This document shows positions 48,620-59,745 of a stretch of DNA of 64,000 bases, piece by piece (positions within the stretch are counted from its first letter, which is position 1; each line of letters begins with the position of its first letter). This DNA comes from an uncultured delta proteobacterium (GTDB taxonomy: Bacteria > Myxococcota > Myxococcia > Myxococcales > Anaeromyxobacteraceae): positions 1 to 64,000 of the forward strand of contig CAVYBH010000014.1 in assembly GCA_963766715.1 (NCBI GenBank), given 5' to 3'. A program made the translations under genes and the position numbers. The notes below the pieces were generated by a model. That model was not told where the DNA came from. It did not search any database and was given only the letters and a program-made list of their open reading frames with translations.

Positions 48620-49404
48620 CGGGCGAGATCCTCCACGTGGTCAATCCCTGGATCGGCCTGCGCGGCCTGACCCGGGCCCGCATCGCGCTGGGCCGGGCCG
48701 GCGGCTCGCTCCCCACCGCCGAGTGGCTCGACTTCTCCGCGGCCCACGCGGCGGCCCGCGACGCGGTCTGGACCGAGCTCGACGTCCCCCGGCTCGAGGC
48801 CGAGCTCGCGCCGCTCGGCCTGCCAATCGTGCGGGCGTCCTCGCGGGCGACGGACCGGGCCACCTACCTCCGGCGACCCGACCTGGGGCGGCGGCTCGAC
48901 GAGGCGAGCGAGACGGCGCTCGGCCGGGCAGCGCCGCCCGACGGGTGCGACGTGGCCGTGGTCGTCGGCGACGGCCTGTCGGCCACCGGCGTGCAGGCCC
49001 ACGCCCCTTCGCTGGCAGCGGCTCTCCTGTCCCGCCTGCGGTCGCGCGGCCTCCGCGTCGGGCCGATCGCGCTCGTGCGCCAGGCCAGGGTGGCGATCGA
49101 GGATCCCGTGGGCGCGGCCCTCGGCGCGCGGGCGGCGGTCATCCTGCTCGGGGAGCGCCCCGGCCTGGGGGCGCCGGACAGCGTGGGGGCCTACCTGGTC
49201 TTCGGACCTCGCCCCGGCCGCACCGACGCGGAGCGCAACTGCGTCTCGGGCATCCGGCCCGAAGGGCTGCCGGTTCCTGCCGCCGCCGAGCTGCTCGCCT
49301 GGCTCGTGGGCGAGGCCCTGCGCCGCGAGCTCACCGGGGTGGGGTTGAAGGACGAGCGGGCCCTTCCGGGGCCAGCCCCCGTCCGGTCGATTGGAGAGCC
49401 CTGC
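48616..49404 (+). CDS. eutC: Ethanolamine ammonia-lyase small subunit (no stop before the next gene as sequenced)
   Basis: ARIALGRAG, HAAARDAV, YLRRPDLGRRL, DGLSA, GERPGL, DAERNCVS.I. Confidence 0.93.
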
Positions 49405-50337
49405 ATGCTCCAGTTCTTCCTGGCGAGCTCGCCCATCTTCGCCGTCGTGGCGCTGGGCTTCGCCGCGGCCCGGATGCGACTCGTCGCACCCGCGGGCTTC
49501 GCGGCCTTCGCCATCTACGCCTTCGACCTGGCGCTCCCGGCCCTGCTCGTCAGCCTGCTCGCCCGGCAGCCGCTGCAGGAGGCCTTCGACCTCCGCTTCT
49601 TCGGCGCCCTCTTCGCCGCGGGGCTCACGGTCTTCGCCGCCACGGCCGTGCTCACCGCGGTCCTGGGCCGGTCCGGCCTGCGCGTCTCGGGTGTGCACGG
49701 GCAGGCCGCCACGAACGGCAACCTCGCCTTCCTGGGCGTCCCGCTCCTGCTGGCGCTCCTCGGCGACCGGGCCACCGGCCCGCTGGCGATGGCGGTGCTG
49801 GCCGAGGTCGGGATCCTCATGCCGCTCGGCATCGTGCTCATGAGCGTGGGGCGGGGCAGGGAGGGTGCGCCGCGCAGCCTGATCCGCGAGCTGGGGTCGG
49901 CGACGCTCGCGAACCCCATCGTGCTGGGGGTCTGCGCCGGCGCGGTGCTCGGGCTCACCGGCACCCGGCTGCCGCAGCCCGTCGATCGCTTCCTCTCCTT
50001 CCTGGGCGCCTCGGCGGGACCCACCGCGCTCTTCGCCCTGGGCGGATCGCTCGCCGGGCGCCGGCTGGGGGAGCACTGGCGCCCCGCGGTGGGCGTGGCG
50101 GCGATGAAGCTGCTCGTCTACCCGTCGCTCGCCTGGGTCCTGCTCCGGATGACCGGCCTGCCTCCCGTCTGGGTGGCGGCCGGCGTCCTCATCGCGGCCC
50201 TGCCCACGGCGGCGAACGTCTTCGTCTTCGCGCAGCGCTACGAGGCGGTGCCCGAGCGCATCTCGGCGGAGATCCTGCTCTCGACCGTGGCGGGGGCGGT
50301 GACCTTCCCCCTCGCCGCCTGGCTCGTGATGCCCTGA
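49405..50337 (+). CDS. AEC (auxin efflux carrier) family transporter
   Basis: P.F.VV.LG, ALPALL, GNLAFLGVP, NPIV, P.ALFALG, KLLVYP, LPTAANVF. Confidence 0.88.
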   Translation: MLQFFLASSPIFAVVALGFAAARMRLVAPAGFAAFAIYAFDLALPALLVSLLARQPLQEAFDLRFFGALFAAGLTVFAATAVLTAVLGRSGLRVSGVHGQAATNGNLAFLGVPLLLALLGDRATGPLAMAVLAEVGILMPLGIVLMSVGRGREGAPRSLIRELGSATLANPIVLGVCAGAVLGLTGTRLPQPVDRFLSFLGASAGPTALFALGGSLAGRRLGEHWRPAVGVAAMKLLVYPSLAWVLLRMTGLPPVWVAAGVLIAALPTAANVFVFAQRYEAVPERISAEILLSTVAGAVTFPLAAWLVMP

Positions 50338-50339
50338 AC

Positions 50340-50436
50340 GTCGGGCGTCCCCGGCGCCCCGTCGGGAAACCCCGACAGCGCCTCCTCGTAACCCCTTGAA
50401 ATGACGAGGCGCGGGTTTCTGGCAAGCCCGCTGCAA
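50340..50436 (+). promoter_or_regulatory. Sigma54 promoter with an IHF site and tandem enhancer palindromes
   Basis: TGGCAAGCCCGCTGCA (GG 50421-22, N10, GC 50433-34); IHF-like TAACCCCTTGAAA 50389-401; GTCGGG-N4-CCCG[G/A]C at 50340 and 50361. Confidence 0.75.
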
Positions 50437-50482
50437 TAGCTCTCCTCGTCTATCAACCCTGACCGAACCGAGGAGAAACACC

Positions 50483-50785
50483 ATGAACCGCAAGACCCCC
50501 ACCGTCGTCGGCGCCGCCATCGGACTCGCTCTCTTCCTCGCCATCGCACTGCTCCCGGCCCTGCTGTACGGCGGCTACGCGGGCGTGCTGCTCGCCGGCG
50601 GGATCTTCGGCGCCCCGGTTCAGCCCACCTTCCTCGTCCGCGCGCTGATCGTCTTCGGGATGGTGATGGGCGTGACGGGCGTCGGCGCCCTCTTCGCGGT
50701 CGGCGGCGCGGTGGCCGGCGCTGCGGTCGGCGTCCTCGCCGGGGCCCCGGCCAAGAAGGCCGCTGCCGAGGCGACCAAGGCCTAG
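50483..50785 (+). CDS. Small Gly/Ala-rich membrane protein
   Basis: AGGAG RBS; about three hydrophobic Gly-zipper segments; LLP..L.GG..G. Confidence 0.8.
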   Translation: MNRKTPTVVGAAIGLALFLAIALLPALLYGGYAGVLLAGGIFGAPVQPTFLVRALIVFGMVMGVTGVGALFAVGGAVAGAAVGVLAGAPAKKAAAEATKA

Positions 50786-50819
50786 TAGAGTTTGCCCGGG
50801 CCCGAGGCCCAGGGTGATG

Positions 50820-50857
50820 CGAGGCCGGCCCGGGAGGGGGTCGGCCTCGTTTCGTTT
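50820..50857 (+). terminator. Intrinsic terminator
   Basis: CGAGGCCGGCCC/GGGTCGGCCTCG stem followed by TTTCGTTT. Confidence 0.75.
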
Positions 50858-50875
50858 GGCGTACACTCCCCGCGC

Positions 50876-52056
50876 ATGATCGCTCACCCCCACCGACGAG
50901 TGCGCCCGCCGCCTCGCCCTGCTGCGACAGGGGCTCGCCGACCTGGGGCTCGAGGGGGCGGTCCTCCTCCAGGCCGTCGACGTGCTCTGGCTCTCCGGCA
51001 CCCGACAGAACGCCGCCCTCTGGGTTCCGGTCGATCGCGACCCCGTACTTCTCGTGCGCAAGAGCCTGGAGCGGGCCCGCGCCGAGAGCCCGCTCGCCCA
51101 CGTGGTCCGGTTTCCGCCCACCCGCGAGCTGGCCGGCGCGCTCGGGCCGGCGCGCCGCCTGGGGATCACCCAGGACGTCGTCCCGGTGGCGGTGCAGAAC
51201 CTCTGGACGAAGGCGCTCCCCGGCGTCGCCTGGACCGACGTCTCCGGCCTCGTCCGGGATCTCCGGAGCGTCAAGTCGCCCTGGGAGGTGGAGCGGATGC
51301 GCGAGACGGCGCGGATGCTCTCCGGCGTCTTCCGCGAGATCCCCACCTTCCTGCGCCCGGGGATGCGGGAGGTCGACCTGGCTGCCGAGGTCGAGGTCCG
51401 GATGCGCCGCGCCGGGAACGAGGGGAGCCCGCGGGTGCGCGGCTTCAACCAGGAGTTCTTCATGGGGCTCGCCATCGCCGGCGGCGCCGCCACCGCGCCG
51501 AGCTACTTCGACGGACCCGTCACCGGCCGCGGCCTGTCCCCCTCGTCGCCGCTGGGCGCCTCCGTGGACGTCATCGAGCGCGACGTCCCCGTGCTGCTCG
51601 ACTACACCGCCATCCGGGGCGGCTACATCACCGACATGACCCGCATCGCCGTGTGCGGCCGGCTCGCGCCGGAGCTCGTCCGGGCCTTCGACGTCGCGCG
51701 GCGGATCCAGGACGAGGTCGCGGCGGCCCTCTCGCCGGGCGCGGTTCCCAGCGAGCTCTTCGCGCGCGCCCGCGCGCGGGCCGAGGAGGCCGGGCTCGGC
51801 GACCGGTTCATGGGGCCGCCCGGGGCGCAGGCGCGGTTCGTGGGGCACGGGGTCGGCCTCGAGCTCGACGAGGTGCCGGTGCTCGCGCCCGGGTTCGACG
51901 CGCCGCTCCGCCTCGGGCAGACCCTCGCCATCGAGCCCAAGTTCGTCTTCCCCGGGGCGGGCGCGGTCGGGATCGAGAACACCTGGGTGGTGGGCGAGCG
52001 GCGGCGGCGAGCGGCTCACCGAGCTCGACGACGAGCTGCTCGTCGTGGACGCGTAG
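50876..52056 (+). CDS. Xaa-Pro aminopeptidase (M24) family protein (frameshifts at both ends)
   Basis: LRSVKSPWE, D...GGYITDMTR, GHGVGLELDE.P, LAIEPK, GIEN. Confidence 0.9.
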
Positions 52057-52080
52057 CGGCCCGGCGCCCCGGGAGCCGGA

Positions 52081-54448
52081 TCAGGGCGCGGCCGGCGCGA
52101 CGGCCACGGTGCGCCAGCCCGGCACGCTGCGGAGGAAGCCGGCCATCCGGACGTCCTCCTCGAGCACGTGGGCCTGCAGCCACTCGTCCATCCAGCGACC
52201 CAGCTCCACGAGCAGCGTGACCCGCGACGGGTGGGCCCGGTACTCGGCCTTGCGCCGGGCGACCTCCTCCACGAAGCGCCGGTGAAGCGCCTGGTGGAGC
52301 TCCAGGCCCTCGAAGCCGAGGACGCGCATGAAGCCCTCCTCGGTGGCGAAGTGCTCGGTCACGTAGCGCTCCAGGTACGCGAACACGTCGTCGCCCGGGA
52401 GAGGTTCCCGGCCCGGGCCGCCCCCTCCAGCGCCGCCATGTGGACGAACAGCTCCCGGTGCTGGTCGTCGATGGACTGGATGCCGGTGGTGAGCTCGGGG
52501 CGCCAGGACCGCCGGCTGGGCCGGCTCGGCCTGCGGGCAGGGCGCCCGGAGCGTCGAGCAGCCTGCGAACCCGCGCGACCAGGACACCCGGGGTGAAGGG
52601 CTTCGACAGGAAGCTGGATGCCGGCGTCGAGGATGCCGCGCTGGACGATGGCCTCCTCGGTGTAGCCGGAGACGAAGAGGACGGGCAGCTCGGGGTGGAG
52701 CTTCCAGAGCGCCTCGGCGGTGGCCCGCCCGTCCATCCCGGGCATCACCACGTCGGTGACCAGGATCTGGACCCGGGCCAGCGTCCCGGGGCCCAGCCGG
52801 ACGGCCTCCTCGCCGCTGCGAGCGGCGAGCACGTCGTAGCCGGCCTCGCGGAGCGCACGCACCGTGACGTCCCGGACCCCGGCTCGTCCTCCACCACGAG
52901 CACGGTCTCCGCGCCGCGCGTGTCGGGTCCGCCGCCACGGGCACGGGCTCCGAGGTGGACGCCTCGAACGAGCGGGGCAGCAGGATCTCGAAGGACGTCC
53001 CTCGGCCGGGCTCGCTCTCCACGCGGATCTCCCCGCCGCTCTGCTTCACGATGCCGTAGACGGTGGCGAGCCCGAGGCCGGTGCCCTTGCCCTTCGCCTT
53101 GGTGGTGAAGAAGGGCTCGAAGAGGTGGGCGCGCGCCTCGGGGGAGAGCCCGTGTCCGGAATCCTGGACCACGAGCGCGACGTACGAGCCCGGACGCATG
53201 GCGCCGTCGCGGATCTCCACGTTGGCGGTGGAGAGGGAGAGCGTCCCGCCGCCCGGCATGGCGTCCCGGGCGTTCACCGCCAGGTTGACGATCACCTGCT
53301 CCATCTGCCCCCGGTCGCAGCGGGCCCTCCAGAGGCCCGGCTGCGCGTGGACCTCGAGGGCGAAGTCCTCCCCGAGGACCCGGCGCAGGAGCTTCTCGCT
53401 GACGCGAACCACCTCGTTCAGGTCGAGCGGGACCTCGGCTGGATGACCTGCCGCCGGGCGAAGGCGAGGAGCTGCCGCGTCAGGTCGTGGGCCCGGTCGG
53501 CGGCGGCGCGGATCTCGTCCACGTCCTCGGCCTGTGCGGGCTGCCCGGCCTCCGCGTCCATCCGGAGCGACTCGACGCAGCTCAGGATCACCGTGAGCAT
53601 GTTGTTGAAGTCGTGGGCCACGCCGCCGGCCAGCTGGCCGATGGCCTCCATCCGCGCCGAGCGCTCCATGCCGTGCCGGAGCTGCTCCCGCTCCGCCTCG
53701 GCCCGGCGCCAGTCGGTGATGTCGCGGGTCATCGACAGGACGAGGGTCTCCCCCCTGGAGCCTGAAGAGGCGGGCCGACATGAGCCCCGTCAGGATCGTC
53801 CCGTCCTTCCTGCGGAAACGGGCCTCCAGGTTCTCGACGAAGCCGTCCCGCGCGAGGTCGGCGCGAAGCCGCTCCCGGTCGGCGGGGTCGGCCCAGATCC
53901 CCACCTCGAGCGGAGGTCTTCCCGGCCACTTCCTCGGCGGTCCATCCGGTGAGGCGGGTGAAGCCGTCGTTCACCTCGACGAAGGCCCCGTCTGCCAGCC
54001 GGTTCAGGTTCACCGAGTCGGGGCTGGTCCGGAAGGCGACGCGGAACTTGGCCTCGCTCTCCCGGAGCCCGCGGTCGTCCCGGCGCCGCTCGCCGATGTC
54101 GCGGAAGGTGACGTAGGAGAAGGGACCGGAGCCGTTGGCGGGGATGACCGCGCAGGTGAAGCCTACCGGGAACGAGGAGCCGTCCGGGCGCCGGAAACGG
54201 GTGAGACCGGTGGTGACCCCGTTCTCCGAGCGGGCCGCCAGCTCCACGGGGATCGGATCGCCGTCCACGATCCCCGCCAGCCCCAGGTCGATCACCCGGC
54301 CCTCGGGGATGCGCAGCGCCTGGCAGGCCGCGGAATTGGCGCGCAGGATCGTCCCGTCCGGCCGCGCGAGGAGCGTGGCCTCGCCGGTGTGCTCGAAGAG
54401 TCGCTCGTAGAGAGCGAGCGGGACGGGCGAGTGGCCTCCGGAGGGCAT
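52081..54448 (-). CDS. PAS-PAS hybrid histidine kinase-receiver with a C-terminal hemerythrin domain (multiple frameshifts)
   Basis: AHDFNNML, NLAVNARDAM, DSGHG, GTGLGL; receiver VVED..TDVVMPGMDG..SGY..KPF; then W..ELTTG...IDDQH..HF..EE..H...H..HVLEED. Confidence 0.85.
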
Positions 54449-54591
54449 GAACCCTGAGTGTGTGGGGAAGCACGGCAGGCGACAAGGGGAGGATGGTGTC
54501 GGAAGATGAACGTGAGTTCACGGGCCCATGAAGCCCGGTACCCATCCTGGCCGGGGCTGGCCCGGGTTCCGGCCCTAGATTGCACCATCCC

Positions 54592-55665
54592 ATGAAAGAC
54601 ACCAACCCTCCGTGGACCTGGATCGTCCCCCTCGCCGCCGTCGCCGTCCTGGGGCTCGCCCTCTGGAAGCCCAGCGGTCCCGTGCAAATCCTGGCCGCGG
54701 CCGCGCTCATCGGGGCGGTCTTCTCGGCCGTCCACCACGCCGAGGTGATCGCCCACAAGGTCGGCGAGCCCTTCGGCACGCTGGTGCTCGCGGTGGCGGT
54801 CACCGTCATCGAGGTGGCCCTCATCGTCTCCCTCATGATGGCCGCCGGAGCCGAGAAGGCGGGGCTGGCGCGCGACACGGTCCTCGCCGCCGTCATGATC
54901 GCCGCCAACGGGATCGTCGGCCTGTGCCTGCTCGTGGGCGGCGTCCGCCACCGGGAGCAGGGATTCCAGGTCCAGGGGGCGAGCGCGGCGCTGGCGGTGC
55001 TCTCCGCGCTGGCGGTGATGACGCTCGTGCTGCCGAACTACCTGGTGGCGACGCCGGGCCCCACCGTGTCCAGATCCCAGCTGGTCTTCGTGGGCGTGGT
55101 CTCCCTCGTGCTCTACCTGGTCTTCGTCTTCGTCCAGACCGTCCGGCACCGCGACTACTTCCTCGCCGAGGCGGGGGAGGGCGGCGACGTCCACGCGCCG
55201 CCGCCGTCGACGGGCGCAGTCCTCGCCAGCGTGGGGCTCCTCGGCGCGGCGCTCGTCGCGGTGGTCGGGCTCGCCAAGGTGCTGTCGCCCGCCATCGAGG
55301 GCGCCGTGGCCCGGGCCGGCGCGCCGCCGGCGGTGGTGGGCGTGGTCATCAGCGCACTCGTGCTCCTGCCCGAGGCGCTGGCCGCGATCCGGCAGGCGCG
55401 GGCCAACCGGCTGCAGAACAGCCTCAACCTGGCGCTGGGGTCGGCGCTGGCCTCGATCGGCCTCACCATCCCCGCCATCGCCGCGGTGTCGCTCGGGTTC
55501 GGGAAGGCGATCGAGCTGGGCGTGACCGGCAAGGACACCGTGCTGCTGGCGCTGACGCTCCTCGTGGGCGTCATCACCCTGGGCACGGGCCGGACGACCG
55601 TGCTCCAGGGGATGGTTCACCTCACCATCTTCGCGGCGTACCTGTTCCTGGCGGTCGTGCCGTAG
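54592..55665 (+). CDS. chaA: Ca2+/H+ antiporter, ChaA-like
   Basis: AVHHAEVIAHKVGEPFGTLVLAVAVTVIEV, LARDTV, VLLPE, NLALGSALASIGLTIP. Confidence 0.88.
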   Translation: MKDTNPPWTWIVPLAAVAVLGLALWKPSGPVQILAAAALIGAVFSAVHHAEVIAHKVGEPFGTLVLAVAVTVIEVALIVSLMMAAGAEKAGLARDTVLAAVMIAANGIVGLCLLVGGVRHREQGFQVQGASAALAVLSALAVMTLVLPNYLVATPGPTVSRSQLVFVGVVSLVLYLVFVFVQTVRHRDYFLAEAGEGGDVHAPPPSTGAVLASVGLLGAALVAVVGLAKVLSPAIEGAVARAGAPPAVVGVVISALVLLPEALAAIRQARANRLQNSLNLALGSALASIGLTIPAIAAVSLGFGKAIELGVTGKDTVLLALTLLVGVITLGTGRTTVLQGMVHLTIFAAYLFLAVVP

Positions 55666-55668
55666 GAC

Positions 55669-57969
55669 CTAGGGAGCGACGTCGAGCGCGTAGTCGTGCG
55701 CCTCGAGCGCCGCCTTGTCCATCTTGCCGGCCCCGACGCGCCGGACGACCTCCTCGCGGGGCAGGTCGAAGATGGCCTCCAGGATCTGGCCGTGCAGGGC
55801 GGGCTTCGCCTGCCCGATGATGAAGAGCACGCGCGCGCTGTGCTGGACGTAGCGGGGCGAGAGCAGCTGCCGCTTGAGCAGCTCCATGATCACCGGCGCC
55901 TTCTTGCGGTCGAAGCGCCCCGCCGCGCCGCTCCGGTCCTGCTCGGCGAAGAAGGCCTTCGTCCACTCGTCGTGATAGGCGAAGACCTTCTCGAAGAGCT
56001 GCCGGTCGAAGGGCGTCCCGGCGGCGACGGCCTCGGCCTTCTTCCCGAGCACCACGCCGTCCTCGGTGAGCTCCTGCCGGAGCAGGTGGCCGTCCTTGGT
56101 GATGGGGGCGCGGTGGTGGGCCAGCGACCAGAGCCACGACACGTAGATGCGGTAGGTGGCGAGGTCGTTCATGAAGCGCAGCTTCAGCTCGTAGTCGTCG
56201 ATGGCCGCCGCGAAGTTGCCGTTCAGGATCTGGAAGCCGTAGTTGGCCGCCATGTAGAACGAGTGCTGGACGTGCTCGATGGTGACCTCGCCGGTGGGCG
56301 GCTGGTAGATGGCGTCCCAGAGCCCCTTCGAGAGCAGCTTCTCCGGTGAGTCGAGCGACTCGCGGGTGATCACGGTGGGGGTGATGCGCCCCATGGCGTC
56401 GAGGACGCCGCGCGACTGCAGGAGCTCCCGCTCGGCCGGGGAGAGGCCGCTCGCCGGGGTGGGCACCGCCTTGCCGTTCGCGTCGGTGGTCTCGAGCGGC
56501 CGGTCGATGAGGGCCTGGAGGTCGGAGAGCCTGGCCTGCAGCGGGCCGTTGCCGGCCGCCACGTACTCGACCTCGGGGCTCGCCACCCAGCTCTGCCGGT
56601 AGCAGTCGTACAGCCGCCCCTTCTCGGCGCCGGAGAGGACGTCGGCCAGCGTGGGCCTCGCGCCGGCCGGCAGGCTCGAGGCGGGAACGAAGACCAGGCC
56701 CAGGAGCCGCTCGCGCAGCTTGTCGACCACCATGGCGCGGAGCGCGAGCGGGTTGTAGCGGGAACGGCCGTACGGATCGCCCTTCTGGTAGATCATCACC
56801 GCCGCCATGCCGCCGATGGGCGAGGCGTTGGAGAGCTCCCCGTTCTTCAGGCCGCCCATGAGCATGAGCAGCGCGTTGTAGCGCTGGTAGGCGATCATGT
56901 TGGGCGTGGCCATGCCCACCGACTGGGGATCGGGGAAGACGCCCTTGGGATCGTCCTTCCACATCTCGATGAGGCTGCCCAGGTAGTCCCAGCGACCCAC
57001 GTTCGTGCCCAGCAGGCGGCGGCGGAAGGTCCAGGCGATGGCGGGCAGGTAGCGGCCGCCGTTGCCCTCCTCGTAGAGCATCTTCACCTTGATGGTGCCG
57101 GCGGGAACGCCGATGAGCTCCTCGAGCCGGGAGAGCAGCCGCTCCACGACGAGCGCCTCGCGCGGCGTCTGCATCTTGGGGATGTAGAAGTAGACGCCGC
57201 TGCCGGCGGCCTTGAGCGTGTCGAAGTTGTTGAGCGCCCAGAGGACCGTGATGACCACCAGGCCCGGGGCCGGACGGCCGTCGACGGTGACGTGGTCGTA
57301 GCGGAGGTGGATGCTGGGCGGGCGGGCCAGCCGGGTGGGCCACTGCGCCGGCGCCTTGTCGATCTTGTAGCTGCGGGTCTTGCCCTTCTTCACCACCTCG
57401 TAGGGCTTGCCGTTCCACTTGCCCGCGAAGATCTCCTTGGCGTTCTGCATGGCGGCGAAGACGCCCACCGGCTCGGTGGCCGGCGCGCTCTCCGGGTGGA
57501 AGTGGGGCGGGGAGGCGTCCTCGAAGTCCGGCATGTTCATGGGCGCGGGGCTGTTGAGCGCGTTGAACGCCATGTCGAGCGGCGCCCACGGGCCGGTCAG
57601 CTCGAGCCCGGAGATCCTCGACGGGTGGACGTGTGCCGGGATCTCGACCTCGTCGTTGAGGCGCCAGCGCAGCGGGGTCTCGCGCCCCTGGAAGTTGTCG
57701 ACGAGCCCCTGCACGATCTGCCGGAAGGTGAAGGACTTCCCGGTGACCGGGTCCTCGAAGGACTCGTCCCACCGGGGCCAGGCGTACTTCTGCCCGACCG
57801 GGGCCGGCGACTGGAGGAGCTCGCGGCGGGCGGTGAGCGCCTGCGCGATGGCCGGGTCGATCTCCCGGGAGAGCCGCGTGATGGTGTCGTCCACGTCGAG
57901 GTCGCGGCCGTTCACGCGCTTGGTCCCGAAGAGCTCCGGGAACTGCTGGAGGACGTCCTGGCGGATCAT
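55669..57969 (-). CDS. aceB: Malate synthase, long atypical form
   Basis: ELTGP, MPDFEDAS, YFYIPK, NVGRWDY, IGGMAA, DKLRE, SWVASP, MNDLAT; near isocitrate lyase. Confidence 0.85.
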   Translation of the reverse strand: MIRQDVLQQFPELFGTKRVNGRDLDVDDTITRLSREIDPAIAQALTARRELLQSPAPVGQKYAWPRWDESFEDPVTGKSFTFRQIVQGLVDNFQGRETPLRWRLNDEVEIPAHVHPSRISGLELTGPWAPLDMAFNALNSPAPMNMPDFEDASPPHFHPESAPATEPVGVFAAMQNAKEIFAGKWNGKPYEVVKKGKTRSYKIDKAPAQWPTRLARPPSIHLRYDHVTVDGRPAPGLVVITVLWALNNFDTLKAAGSGVYFYIPKMQTPREALVVERLLSRLEELIGVPAGTIKVKMLYEEGNGGRYLPAIAWTFRRRLLGTNVGRWDYLGSLIEMWKDDPKGVFPDPQSVGMATPNMIAYQRYNALLMLMGGLKNGELSNASPIGGMAAVMIYQKGDPYGRSRYNPLALRAMVVDKLRERLLGLVFVPASSLPAGARPTLADVLSGAEKGRLYDCYRQSWVASPEVEYVAAGNGPLQARLSDLQALIDRPLETTDANGKAVPTPASGLSPAERELLQSRGVLDAMGRITPTVITRESLDSPEKLLSKGLWDAIYQPPTGEVTIEHVQHSFYMAANYGFQILNGNFAAAIDDYELKLRFMNDLATYRIYVSWLWSLAHHRAPITKDGHLLRQELTEDGVVLGKKAEAVAAGTPFDRQLFEKVFAYHDEWTKAFFAEQDRSGAAGRFDRKKAPVIMELLKRQLLSPRYVQHSARVLFIIGQAKPALHGQILEAIFDLPREEVVRRVGAGKMDKAALEAHDYALDVAP

Positions 57970-58130
57970 GGTCTTCTGGCTCCTGGTCCGGGGCCGGTCG
58001 TGGCCGGCGAGGTGGGGAAAGACTTCTTATCGTGGATTCGCACCGTTGCAGGAGCCCTTGCGGGAGTTCCGGAAAGGGCCCATCTTGGGGCTCCCCCCGC
58101 GCCGTTCTCCCCCATCAGATTGAGGAATTC

Positions 58131-59718
58131 TTGAACGAGGCCAAGCCCCGTCGTGTCCTGCTCGTGTACCCGCGCTTCGGCGGTACCTCCTTCTGGAACT
58201 ACCAGGCCACCTGCCAGCTTCTGGGCGCCCGCTACTCGGCGGCCCCGCTCGGGCTCATCACCGTGGCGGCGCTCCTTCCCCAGGGCTGGGACCTCCGGCT
58301 GGTCGACCGGAACGTCGAGGAGCTTCGCCCGGAGGACCTGGCCTGGGCCGACCTGGTCATGACGGGCGGGATGCTCCCGCAGCAGCCCGACGCGCTGCGG
58401 GTGGTCGGGATGGCGAAGGCCGCGGGCAGGCCGGTGGTGGTGGGAGGGCCGGATGCCTCCGGGTCTCCCGAGGTCTACGCCGCCGCCGATTTCCGGGTGC
58501 TCGGGGAGGCCGAGGAGGTGCTCGCCGACTTCCTGGCCGCCTGGCTGGGCGGGGCGAAGGGGGGCACCTTCACCGCGCCCCGCTTCCCCGACGTCACCCG
58601 TTCGCCCGTCCCCCGCTTCGACCTGCTGAAGCTCGAGCACTACCTGCACGTCGGGGTGCAGTACTCGCGCGGCTGCCCCTTCGACTGCGAGTTCTGCAAC
58701 GTCATCGACCTGAACGGGCGCGTGCCCCGCGCCAAGGCCACGGAGCAGGTGCTCCGCGAGCTCGACGCGCTCCACGCCCTCGGGTACCGCGGCCACGTCG
58801 ACTTCGTGGACGACAACCTGATCGGGAACCGCCGCGCCCTGAAGCCCTTCCTCCGCGAGCTCCGCGGCTGGCTCGAGCGCAGGAACTGGCCCTTCGAGTT
58901 CACCACCGAGGCGAGCCTCGACCTCGCCGAGGACGACGAGCTCCTCCGGCTCATGAAGGCGGCCAGCTTCTTCGCCATCTTCGTGGGCCTGGAGACCCCG
59001 GACGCCGCCGCCCTCCTGCAGGCCAACAAGAAGCACAACACGCGCAGCGACATGGTGGAGAGCATCCACAAGATCCACCGGGCCGGCATCTTCGTGAACG
59101 CCGGGTTCATCGTCGGCTTCGACGCCGAGAAGGCGGGCGTGGCGAACGCCATGGTGGAGTGCATCGAGGCCGCCAACATCCCGGTCTGCATGGTGGGGTT
59201 GCTCTACGCGCTCCCCGGGACGCGGCTCGCCCGGCGGCTCGAGGCGGAGGGGCGCCTGCAGCTGGACGCCCACGACGTGCTGGCCGACGACGCCGATCAG
59301 TGCACCTCGGGGCTCAACTACGGGACGCTCCGGCCCCGCGCCGACGTGCTCCGGGACTACCGGGAGGTGCTCTCGCGGATCTACGCGCCGGCGGCCTACT
59401 TCGGCCGGGCCCGGCGCACCGGCCGGCAGCTCGACCGCTCCGGTCACCGCCTGAAGCAGCCGCTTCGCCACGTCCTCCGGGAGCTGCGCGCCTTCGGCCG
59501 GATGGCCTGGCGCCTCGGCGTGAAGGACCGGAAGGTGCGGGGGGAATGGTGGCGGTCGGTGGGCGACGTGCTCCTCCACAACCCGGCCGCGCTCAAGATC
59601 GTGGTCTCCTTCGCCGCACTCTACGTGCACCTCGGCCCCTACTCGGCCGGGCTGGTGGAGCGCCTCGACCGGCAGATCGCGCGGGAGGACGGGATCGCGG
59701 CTCCGGAAGGCCGGCTAG
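58131..59718 (+). CDS. B12-binding radical SAM protein (DUF4070-type C-terminus; ends approximate)
   Basis: [48 protein letters not shown]. Confidence 0.88.
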
Positions 59719-59745
59719 GACGGGGAGGCAGGCCCCCGGAAATGG

